64,000 nucleotides of DNA from the NCBI GenBank assembly GCA_045536305.1, contig JAZSNH010000029.1, forward strand, positions 56,225-120,224, written 5' to 3'. Both the position numbers and the translations under genes were made by a program. Positions 53,371 through 63,600 of the stretch are shown in pieces; position 1 is the stretch's first letter; the number at the start of each line of letters is the position of its first letter. The notes beneath the pieces were generated by a model. That model made no database searches, was not told the origin of the DNA, and saw only the letters and a list, made by a program, of their open reading frames with translations. The stretch comes from Acutalibacteraceae bacterium. GTDB lineage: Bacteria; Bacillota; Clostridia; Oscillospirales; Acutalibacteraceae.

Positions 53371-54444
53371 TTAGCCGTTCATTCTTTCAATGGCAAGAGT
53401 GACAAGCCTGTCGATAAGCTGACCGTTGTCAACGCCGCATGCCTCCCAAAGCATGGGATACATTGATATGCTTGTAAAGCCGGGGAGAGTGTTCGGTTCG
53501 TTGAGCAGCACTGCGCCGTCGCTGTGGCGTACGAAAAAGTCCATTCTGGTAAGGCCTGAGCAGCCGAGGTGCTTATAGGCCTTGACCGCAAGGCGGCGAA
53601 CCTCTGCCTCGGCCTCCTTACTTATTCTTGCGGGAATAAGGGTTTCCGAGCCGATGCCGTTATATTTGCTTTCGAAATCGTACCAATCGTTGGCAGAAAC
53701 GACCTCGCCGACGACCGAGGCTTCGGCGTTGGTGCGGTTGCCAAGAACGGCACACTCGACCTCTGCGCCGAGTATTCCCTCTTCTATAACGATTTTCGGG
53801 TCGTGCTCAGCTGCAAGATTGACCGCATTGATAAGCTCGTTTCGGTCGGAGCATTTGCTGACGCCGACAGACGAGCCTGCGTTTGCAGGCTTTACAAAGC
53901 AGGGATATCCAAGCTTTTCTTCGATGGCTTCGCACCATTTTTCGGTGTTTTCTGTAAAATCGTCGGAATAGAACCATAAAAACGCTGCCTGAGCGATTCC
54001 GCCGTGCTCGAGCATGGAGTTGGTCAAAGCCTTATCCATGCAGATGGCACTGGAGGCGATATCGCAGCCGACATAAGGAATGCCGGCAAGCTCAAGAAGC
54101 CCCTGCATTGCGCCGTCCTCGCACAGTCTGCCGTGCATAACGGGATAGACTGCATCAAGGCGAATGGTTTTAACACCGTCGCCGGCCATAACAACAAGAC
54201 CGTGAACGGAGGTGTCGGGAGAAATAAAAGCAGGAGTGACTTTATCCTGCTCCCACGAGCTGTCGGCGAGCTTTGAAACATCGCCCTCATAAAGAAACCA
54301 GCGTCCGTCGCGGGTTATTCCGATCATGACCACATCATAAAGGTCGCGCGGGGTTTTATTTATTACGGTAGTGGCACTTCTCAGAGAAACCGCATGCTCC
54401 GAGGATTTGCCGCCGAAAATGATGCCGAGTGTTTTTTTGCTCAT
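53371..54444 (-). CDS. ddl: D-alanine--D-alanine ligase
   Basis: ORF track 53371..54459. ATG 54444 follows GGAG. GIIFGGKSSEHAVSLRSA, an ATP-grasp core (FVKPANAGSSVGVSK) and NEPNTLPGFT. Confidence 0.95.
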   Translation of the reverse strand: MSKKTLGIIFGGKSSEHAVSLRSATTVINKTPRDLYDVVMIGITRDGRWFLYEGDVSKLADSSWEQDKVTPAFISPDTSVHGLVVMAGDGVKTIRLDAVYPVMHGRLCEDGAMQGLLELAGIPYVGCDIASSAICMDKALTNSMLEHGGIAQAAFLWFYSDDFTENTEKWCEAIEEKLGYPCFVKPANAGSSVGVSKCSDRNELINAVNLAAEHDPKIVIEEGILGAEVECAVLGNRTNAEASVVGEVVSANDWYDFESKYNGIGSETLIPARISKEAEAEVRRLAVKAYKHLGCSGLTRMDFFVRHSDGAVLLNEPNTLPGFTSISMYPMLWEACGVDNGQLIDRLVTLAIERMNG

Positions 54445-54674
54445 TATTATCAGCTCCAATACGTGTTTCGAATCGCGTCATTACATTATAACACAATCGA
54501 AAAAGGTATGCAACTGTAAATAAAGGCTTTCGATGCATAAAGTTACGTCACTTAGATTTCTAACGTGTAAATTGAAAAGTGCGAAAATTTGTGCAATGTA
54601 TACATTGAATATTGACAAACTATCGTATATAATGTGTAATATAAATGATAATGAAGAAAGAGAGGAAATCTCAA

Positions 54675-55217
54675 ATGACGATAAATGAACTTGCGAATTT
54701 TGTTGCACCGTATTACGACAAAAAGGACATCCTTCACAACAACATACATACAAAAAGACTTGTAAAGATGGTCAACAAGATCATCGACAAGGGCGGCTAT
54801 AAGGACGAGGTCAGATATGACAATGTTATCTGTGCCGCATATCTTCACGTTATGGTAAAGAATGAAGCGGAAAAAGCGCTGAGCTGGCTTGTTTCCCAGG
54901 GTGTTTCAGAGCCTCAGGCACGCGATATAATAGACATCGCTCAGAGAGGTCAGAGAGAAGGCAGACCAAACTCGCTGGAAAGCAAAATACTGCATGACGC
55001 ATATATCCTCGAAGGCGGAAAGTCCTATGCCTATGCCCGTTACATAATATACGGCTACAAGAACAATCTCAGCATGAAAAAGACTCTGACATATATCGAG
55101 GATGTTATCCTTCCCTCATTGCGCTGCTATCTGCCGTGGACGCAGAAGGAACTTGAGGAATATAAGGATTTTGTAGAGGATAACGTCGAGAGAATGAGAG
55201 AAGAGCTTGATTCCTGA
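54675..55217 (+). CDS. hypothetical protein (possible HD-superfamily fold)
   Basis: ORF track 54645..55217. ATG 54675 is about 9 nt after AAGAGAGG. His/Asp-containing helices (HNNIH, AAYLH, ILHDAYILE) hint at an HD-type hydrolase, but the motif order is not secure. Confidence 0.35.
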   Translation: MTINELANFVAPYYDKKDILHNNIHTKRLVKMVNKIIDKGGYKDEVRYDNVICAAYLHVMVKNEAEKALSWLVSQGVSEPQARDIIDIAQRGQREGRPNSLESKILHDAYILEGGKSYAYARYIIYGYKNNLSMKKTLTYIEDVILPSLRCYLPWTQKELEEYKDFVEDNVERMREELDS

Positions 55218-55327
55218 TGTGTGCGCCTGCGCCCTGCACAAGGTTATTGTGCAGGGCGTTATTTTTTCGTTGCATAAAGCCTGATTATGTGTTAAAATAA
55301 AAAGAACGGAAAAAAGGAGGGGTCGCA

Positions 55328-56263
55328 ATGTTTGTAGATCTGGCAGACGGCGGAAGAAAGCTGAAAAAGCGCGAGGCTGACAGCGGAAGAGTAGTTGTCG
55401 GATATGTTACAATGCGCGAAATGGAGCGCTGCTGGGAGCTGCTCGGCATTTCCGAAAGCAAGCTTTCCGAGCTTATCGCGGACAGTGAAAGCTTCAGAAG
55501 CAGTATCGATGTGTACGATGATTACAGCTGCGGAACCCTTAATATCGTTGATGCGCGCGATGTTTTTGCAAAGCGCGACAGAGTGGGCTTTTTTATAAAG
55601 CGGAATCTTTTCCTTGTTGTCGATATCGACGATAACGACAGCAGTACCCTCCACGCGCTCGAGTATGTTATCAATCGATGTACGGTCCCTACCATTACGC
55701 TTGAGAAGGTGATCTATACCTTCTTTGACAGGCTGATGACCTCTGACAACCGCGTTCTTGAAAATATGGAATTTGAAATGAGCGAGATGGAAGAGCGCAT
55801 AACAGAGGAAGAAACGGATATGGACTTTGTGCGCGATATGCTTACCCTCAAGAAAAAGCTGCTTGTTCTGCGCAATTATTATGAGCAGCTGGTGGATATA
55901 GCCGAGGCTCTGGGCGAGAACGAAAACAAGCTCTTTGCAGAAGAGGATCTGCGTTATTTTGCGCTGCTTGAAAACAAAGCGCACAGATTGAGCGGCAATG
56001 TTCAGCTGCTGCGTGAAAATCTCGTGCAGCTTCGAGAGGCAAACGACACCCAGGCTGACCTGAATTTAAACCGCACCATGAAGCTTTTTACTGTCGTCAC
56101 GGCAATATTCCTTCCTCTGACACTGATAACAAGCTGGTACGGAATGAATTTTGACAATATGCCCGAGCTTCATTGGAGGGGCGGATACTGGTTTGTCATA
56201 GGACTTACCGCGGCAGTGGTTGCGGCTATACTTCTGTTTTTCAAAAGAAAGAAACTGCTCTGA
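55328..56263 (+). CDS. corA: CorA-family magnesium transporter
   Basis: 311 aa. RBS AAGGAGGGG. The C-terminal WYGMNFDNMPEL (GMN motif) sits between two TM helices. Confidence 0.92.
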   Translation: MFVDLADGGRKLKKREADSGRVVVGYVTMREMERCWELLGISESKLSELIADSESFRSSIDVYDDYSCGTLNIVDARDVFAKRDRVGFFIKRNLFLVVDIDDNDSSTLHALEYVINRCTVPTITLEKVIYTFFDRLMTSDNRVLENMEFEMSEMEERITEEETDMDFVRDMLTLKKKLLVLRNYYEQLVDIAEALGENENKLFAEEDLRYFALLENKAHRLSGNVQLLRENLVQLREANDTQADLNLNRTMKLFTVVTAIFLPLTLITSWYGMNFDNMPELHWRGGYWFVIGLTAAVVAAILLFFKRKKLL

Positions 56264-56342
56264 TTATAGAATTACAGATAAATATAAATCTATAAAGCTA
56301 ACAGCCTTGCAGAGCTGATACTGTAAGGGTTTAAGAAAAAAT

Positions 56343-56366
56343 AAAAAGCCCCGATGGGGGCTTTTT
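56343..56366. terminator. bidirectional intrinsic terminator
   Basis: AAAAAGCCCC-gatg-GGGGCTTTTT between corA (+) and the small minus-strand gene. Confidence 0.8.
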
Positions 56367-56547
56367 ATTTGAACATATAACCGATATTGTCGAGCAGGTC
56401 GGTGACGGAACCTGAAACAGAACGCATCTGTTTTTTCAGTCTGCGTTTATTGGTTTTTGCCATCATGCCGCCTGCGATCCCTGCGGCGGCACCTATCAGA
56501 AGCCCCACTCCGGCTCCTTTTATGGCGGCACTTGCGTTTCTTACCAT
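56365..56547 (-). CDS. small Gly-rich membrane protein (60 aa; YtxH/glycine-zipper-like)
   Basis: This is the distal part of ORF 56365..56937. ATG 56547 follows a GGGAGGA RBS and gives MVRNASAAIKGAGVGLLIGAAAGIAGGMMAK..., followed by a basic tail. Confidence 0.55.
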   Translation of the reverse strand: MVRNASAAIKGAGVGLLIGAAAGIAGGMMAKTNKRRLKKQMRSVSGSVTDLLDNIGYMFK

Positions 56548-56664
56548 ATTTACAGTCCTCCCTAATATTATCAAATATTTCACTGCGTTGCAAAGCATAG
56601 CATTCAGCTCCGTTTCGTTTGCAGAGATATTGTTTGCGAAAAACAAAGGAAAATACATAAAATT

Positions 56665-57189
56665 ATGAAAGAAGATCAAAAAATGTCCACACTGAACATA
56701 GTAATGGTAGAGCCTCAGATACCTCAGAACACCGGAAACGTTGCGCGGACATGCGCCGCAACGGGTGCAAGACTGCACCTTGTCGGGCCGATGGGCTTTA
56801 AGATCGATGATGCAAAGCTCAAGCGCGCAGGGCTTGATTACTGGCATCTGCTCGATATCACCTATTATGAAGATATAAATGAATTTTTCGAAAAAAACAG
56901 CGGAGAATACTTTTATTTTTCCACCAAGGCGCGCCATGTATACAGCGATATCAGATACCCCGACGGGGCATATCTTTTTTTCGGAAAGGAGACGGCAGGA
57001 CTTCCCGAGGAGCTTCTGGCGGCAAATCCCGACAGATGCGTGCGAATACCGATGATAAGCGAGGCAAGATCGCTGAATCTTTCAAATTCCATTGCGGTGG
57101 GAGTGTATGAAACGCTGAGACAGTGGGGGTTTCCTGAGCTTCAGAACTTCGGTCAGCTTACCAAGTACAATTGGGATGAAAATTTCTGA
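56665..57189 (+). CDS. trmL: tRNA (cytidine/uridine-2'-O)-methyltransferase TrmL (SpoU family)
   Basis: 174 aa. LNIVMVEPQIPQNTGNVARTCAATGARLHLV and the C-terminal knot motifs RIPM...SLNLSNSIAV. In-frame ATG 56683 is an alternative start. Confidence 0.9.
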   Translation: MKEDQKMSTLNIVMVEPQIPQNTGNVARTCAATGARLHLVGPMGFKIDDAKLKRAGLDYWHLLDITYYEDINEFFEKNSGEYFYFSTKARHVYSDIRYPDGAYLFFGKETAGLPEELLAANPDRCVRIPMISEARSLNLSNSIAVGVYETLRQWGFPELQNFGQLTKYNWDENF

Positions 57190-57209
57190 TTTTTTTGCTG
57201 TACATAACA

Positions 57210-57246
57210 AAAGGCACTTGCAAAAGTTTGTTGCAAGTGCCTTTTT
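57210..57246 (+). terminator. intrinsic terminator after trmL
   Basis: AAAGGCACTTGCAA-aagtttg-TTGCAAGTGCCTTT followed by TT. Confidence 0.85.
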
Positions 57247-57527
57247 ATGCGATTTTAATAGAGGAAGTTAAATGTTTTGCCTCAAGTTACAATATAAAAA
57301 ACACAAACTTTAAGCATAAATAAGAAATAAAAATATAAGCAATAAGCAACAAAGAAAAAGTTACGAAAATCAGTAAAATGCGGCTCTTGTGCCCTTTGGC
57401 AGAGCGACCACAAGATGTTGGGTGCCGTTTAAAAAATCGCATGAAATCAATAGGTTGACATTTTTTAGCTTAGTTAAATAAGTGCCTCAAAAACACGAAA
57501 AAAAGATGCGTTTTTTTGGTTTCGGCG

Positions 57528-57557
57528 TTGACATATATTGGAAAGAAATTGTAAAAT
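57528..57557 (+). promoter_or_regulatory. sigma-A promoter candidate for the giant adhesin gene
   Basis: TTGACA (57528-57533), 18-nt spacer, TAAAAT (57552-57557). It leaves a ~130-nt GC-rich structured leader before the ATG at 57694. Confidence 0.5.
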
Positions 57558-57693
57558 AGTGTATACCCTGTAAACGGGGGTAAATTGTGCCGTGCGGCAC
57601 GGTTATCTCCGCAAGGTTGGCATGCGCGTCTCACCAGCGCGAACGCCGTATAAGTACAGTCAAAATTTGATCTTTCGAAGGGGGATCTTAAAA

Positions 57694-60600
57694 ATGAAGG
57701 GTTATCATGAAGGAAGGCGAAAGAATAAGTTCTTTATGGGGCTTATTTCGATCGTCCTGTGCTTCTCCATCATCGGTGCAAGCACAATGACAGCCTTTGC
57801 TGCAACACCTGTTGAGGCGTCCAGGGATGTAACACCCATCCTGACATTCAACGGTATTGACAGCATCGCAGAAGATGAGCTTTGCCTCATCGTATTCAAC
57901 GACATGAAGCAGAACGGCGCAGACTCCGAAGGCCGAGCCATTATAGGCGGCGACCTGGAGATCGAAGGCGGTTGGTCGGCTTCGATCACCAGGAACGGAA
58001 CATCTGAGTACAAAGATGAGTATGTTCTCGCTGTTGGCGGCAATATCGTAAGCGGCCATGTAAATGCCGGCGGCTGCGTTGCTATTGCGGGCGGAAGCTA
58101 CAGCTCCGCAAGCATCAACGTATCCAGCTTCTGCACCCACGGAAACAATGATGCAGTCCACGTGGATAACTCCGGATGGATCGAGGACTACATCACCAAG
58201 GCGGAGCAGGCATTCACAGCAGCGTCCAGTCAGTATTCCGAGCTTGAAACAGCCGGTGAGATCACAAATCCTCACTGGGGACAGGCGAAGATTGATGCCG
58301 GCAAGGTTAAGGAAGGCGAGCCTATCGTATTCAACGTTGACGGCTCCAACGGCGTAATGCTTAACTTTGACCAGAACTTCCTCAATGCAATGGGTTCAAG
58401 TTCTGTTATCGTGAATGTTTCGGGCAAGAATATAAGACTCGAAAACATGAACTTCAACGGCAGCGAAGCAGACAAGAACGAATTCTGCAGCCGTGTTATC
58501 TGGAACTGCTACGAGGCAGAGAGTGTTGAAATCAGAGGCTCCGTTCAGGGTTCTCTCCTTGCTCCTTACGCAACCGTAAACGGTCTTCAGGGACACATCA
58601 ACGGTACCGCTGTTGTCAAGAACCTGAACGGTAACGGCGGCTTTGAGTACCACACCGGTAAATTCCTGAAGAACCCGTTCTCTGCGGATCTTCAGGTTAC
58701 CAAGCATGTCGAGGGAATTCCCGATGCTGCAGCTGAGAAAGAGTTTTCCTTCCAGCTTCTCAAGGCAGACGGTACACTTGTAGAAGAGTTTACACTTGCA
58801 GACGGAGATTCCTTCCGTTATTCCGATCTCGAAGAGAATGTAACCTATAAGGTAGTTGAGCTTGCTTCTTCCGAGCTCTATACATTCGACAGAGTCGAAA
58901 CTACCGGCAGTGTTGATTCCGTAAGCGGCAAGACTGTTACCTTCACCGCAACCGACGGCTCCAGCCGCCGTATCGATTACTATAATGATGCGGTTGAGGT
59001 TATAAAGGAAGGCTATATCACCATTAAGAAGGTACTTAATGATGATGTTGATCCCAACGCAGAGTTTGTATTCACCCTTGAATACTATGATAACGGCTGG
59101 CAGAATGTCAGCTCCGTCAAGCTCTCCGACGATCAGACCTATACTTTCGAGAAGCTTCCTCTCGGCACCTACCGTGTAGTCGAGAATGTTGATTCCGGCA
59201 AGTATACCACCTCTGTAGTAACAAGTGTCAAGGCTGACGCAGTTGTTGCAACCAGCCAGGAGTTCACTCTCAGCGAGCAGCTTCTTGACCAGTCCGCTAC
59301 ATTTACAAATACCCGCAACTATGGTGCTATCAGCGTTTCGAAGAACGTTAACGGCACCGATGCACAGGATTCCTTTACCTTCCGTCTTTATAAGGAAGAG
59401 AATGGCGCATGGGTTCCTGCAGGTAATCAGGATATTACTGTTATCGCAGGTTCGTCCGCATCCTTCAACGGACTCCCCTACGGCGTTTCTTATGCAGTAG
59501 CAGAGCTCAATTCCGCAAACTACAGCTTCGCGTCTGTAGTCGGCGGCACAAATGAGAGCCTTACCATAGACGGTAATCCTGCTGTTAAGGTAACTGTTGG
59601 CACCAATGCATCCATCGCATTCACCAACACACTCAAGACCGGTAACCTCAATGTTACCAAGGTCGTTAACGGCTCAGGCAATGCAAACGATACCTTCTCC
59701 TTCACCCTTCAGAAGAAGAACGGCAATTCGTGGACCACTGTTGAGACCTTCACACTCAAGGCCGGCCAGACAAAGGGCTTCACCGGTCTGAGCGCAAACA
59801 CCACCTACAGAATTTACGAGGCTTCTTTCGGCGAGATCTACGATCGCGGCGCTATCACAGGTGCAGACAGCGTTGAAGACGGCGTTTACGCTGTATTCAC
59901 ACTCAGCGCTGACGAAAGCCGCAATGTAGCTTTCACAAACGTTGTAAAGCCCGGTTCCATCACCGTTTCCAAGGTTGTAAACGACAGCTTTGACAACGCA
60001 CAGAAGTCCTTCGCATTCACCCTTTATGAGAGCGCAAACAACGGCACAGACTGGAATGCTGTCGAGACCTTCACCCTCGAGGCAGGCAAGAACAGAACCT
60101 TCTCCAATCTGGATACCGAAAAGCTCTATAAGGTAGTAGAAAGCGAATATGCAAACTACAGCACCACCGTTAAGGTCGGTTCCGCTTCTGTAAACGGCAC
60201 CGATACAGGCGCTTTTGAGATCGCTCCCAACGCTGATACCGCTGTTGTCTATACTAATAATAGAAAGACAGCAGACCTCACCGTCAAGAAGGCGATCAAC
60301 GGTACTCCCTTCAGCGCTAACGATTCCTTCACCTTCCGTCTCTTCAAGCAGAGCGGAGACAGCTGGGTTGCAGCAGGTGCAGCAGATATCACCGTCAAGG
60401 CAAACGCAACTGCAAAGTTCACAGGCCTTGCATACGGCGTTACCTATGCAGTAGCTGAGCTCAGCAATGCTGAGTACACCTTTACCTCCGTCGCAGGCGG
60501 CTCCGCTGTTACCGTTAACGGTATGTCCGGTGCTTCCGTAACAATTGACGGTGCAGAGGAACTCACCTTCACAAATACTCCGATACCGAAGATCGGCGGC

Positions 60601-63600
60601 TTTATCGTTACAAAGTCCGTTTCCGGCTACGGCATCGAAGGCGATAAGTTCACCTTTAAGGTAGAAAAGAAGAACGGCAGCTCCTGGACCGAGGTTGAGA
60701 CCTTCACCCTCACCGCAGGCGCAAGCAAGACCTTCTCCGATCTTACCGCAGGTGATGTTTACAGAATCAGCGAGACTTCGGCTCCCGACAGCTACAAGCT
60801 TATCAATGTAGCAGGCGCAGACAGCGTTATCAATGGCGCTGCAACCGTTACCATCGTAGATAAGGCTTGCCCGACTGTCGTATTTACAAACGAAGTCAAG
60901 ACCGGTTCCATCAAGGTCACAAAGACTCTCAATGACAAGTTCGACAATGCTGCAGCTTCCTTCAGCTTCACAGCTTATGAGAGCACCGACGGCAAGACCT
61001 GGACCGCAATTGAGACCTTCACACTCGCAGGCGGCGAATACAAGACCATTTCAGGCCTCGATGTTACCAAGCTCTATAAGGTAGTTGAGGCTGATTACAG
61101 CGCAACCTATGAGACCACCGTAAAGGTCGGCTCCAACGAGACAGCAGCTCTCGACAGCGGCAGCTTTACCCTCACCGCTGACAGCGCTGTAAGCGTTGCA
61201 TTCACCAACACCAGAAAGACCGCTTCCCTTACCGTCAACAAGGCAATGGACGGCAAGCCCTATGACGGCGACACATTTAAGTTCCGTCTTTACAAGCAGG
61301 TCGGCAGCAAGTGGGTCGAGGCAGGCGTTGACGATATCACCGTCAAGCCCAACGGCTCCGCAAAATTTGAAAACCTCGCATACGGCAACACCTATGCTGT
61401 TGTTGAGCTTGAGGCAGAGGAATACACCGTTGTTTCCGTAACAGGTGCAAATGTCACCGTTGACGGACTCTCCGGCTCCAAGTTCGTCATAAACGGTGAT
61501 GCAGAGGTAACCTTCACCAACAAGCCTATCCCCAGACTCGGCGGCTTCACTGTTACAAAGCAGCTCACCGGCGGAAACGCTGCTGACGAGTTCGGCTTCA
61601 CCGTACAGAAGAAGAACGGCTCATCCTGGGAAGACTTTGATACCTTCACTCTCAGAGCAGGCGACAGCAAGATCTACACTGACCTCGTAGAGGGTGAGAC
61701 CTACAGAATTTACGAGTCCGAAACAGGCGCTATCTATGAACTTGCAAGCATCACAGGCGCAAATTCCGTAGAAGGCGACAGATACGCTGTCATCAGCATT
61801 GCTGAGGGCAAGAATCCCACCATCGCATTCGTAAATAAGGTAAAGCAGGGCACCATCACAGTTTCCAAGACCCTCACAGATGAGGCTCTTTCCGGAACCT
61901 CCACATTCAAGTTCGAGCTTCAGAAGCTCGTAGGCTCTTCCTATGAGAAGGTAGAGGTCAAGGAGCTTACCGTCGGTCACGGCGCAACCGCTACCGTAAC
62001 CTTCGAGAATCTCCCCTACAACGAGACCTACCGCGTAGTAGAGCTCGGTGCTGAGAATTACGACACCACAGCAACCTTTGAGGGTGCTGCAACAGAGGGC
62101 AAGACCTCCGCAGGCATCGCTCTCGACGGTGACGAGAACGTAGCATTCAGCAACGTCAAGAAGGTCGTTCTTTCCGTAAAGAAGAGCATCGCTGACGGCG
62201 ATACCGACCTCGGAAAGACCTTCACATTCATCATCCAGAGAAAGATCGGCAACACCTGGAAGACCGTTGAGACCGCAACTCTTATGGCAAGCGATTCCGC
62301 TGCAGAGTTTGAGGTTGAAACCGGCACCTACAGAGTGCTTGAGGTCGGCGGCACAGAGGGCTACACCTATGTCGGAACAACAGTTACCGGCGGCGTTGCA
62401 GCTCTTACCGAGACCAATGCAAATCTCGACGGCAAAAACTGCAGCGGTGCTCAGTTCGTACTCTCCGCAAATGCAGCAGCAGTTGTCGAAAACCGCACTG
62501 TTAAGGGCAATATCGTTCTTTCCAAGATAGTATCCGACAACGTAACTCCCAACAAGGAGTTCACCTTCACCCTCCAGCAGCTCACAGACGGCGCATGGAA
62601 GGATGTTCTCAAGAATGACGGCGCTCCCGTAAGCGTAGTGCTCAAGCACGGCGAGGCTGTTGACCTTGATCAGGTCGCAACCCTCGAGTACGGCAGCGTT
62701 TACAGAGTTGTTGAGAAGGTTGACAATTCTATCTACGAAACAACCATCGTAACAAACGGCGTTCACTCCACAGGTGCAGCAAGCGGCGCTGTTACAATAG
62801 GAACAAGCGAAGCTTCCGTTGCATTCACCAACACACGCCGCAATGCACAGCTTAAGATAGTCAAGGCTCTCACAGCAGAGAGCAACGATCTCGGCGAAAG
62901 CTTTGAGATCTCCGTTTACAAGTACACCGAGGCTGACGGCTGGAAGCTCCTGTCCGCAGCAGAGGACGGCGTTGACGGTACCATGACTCTCAAGGCAGGT
63001 GCAAACAACGCTAAGTATATCAGCATTCCGGTCGGCGCAACCTATAAGATCGCAGAGACAAAGACCGGCAAGAGCTACAGCTTCGACAGCTTCTCCGACA
63101 ACATCGGAGCAAACAACACCATCACTCTCATGAGCGATGCAGAGGTTATAGTTTACAATGCTATCAAGACCGGTAAGATCGTCGTTGCAAAGACCCTTAA
63201 CGATGACATCACTCCCGATGCAGTATTTACATTCAATGTAACCGATGCAAACGGAAAGGTCGTTGCAAGCAGCACAATCTCCGGCAAGGAATCCTTTACC
63301 GTTGATAATCTCCCCTACGGCGAGACCTACACCGTAACAGAGGTCGTAAACAAGGAAGTTTACGAGACCACCGTTACCGTAGACGGTAAGACCGAGGATG
63401 CAGTAAGCGCAACCGTTACAATCGACAGCGCCGAAGCATCTGTCGCATTCGAAAATACTCGCCGCGAGGGCGAGGTCACCATTAAGAAGCTCCTCTCCGA
63501 GGGTAGCAATGAGTTTGATGAAGAGTTCAGCTTCACACTCTATCGCCTGACCGACAACGGTTGGACAGAGATCGAGAAGTTCAGCCTCGGATTCAATGAT

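Noticed and set aside
56548-56937. N-terminal 130 aa of the 190-aa minus-strand ORF 56365..56937
   Set aside because: This part overlaps the trmL coding region on the opposite strand and has no RBS. Only the distal 60 codons (from ATG 56547, preceded by GGGAGGA) look like a real small gene.
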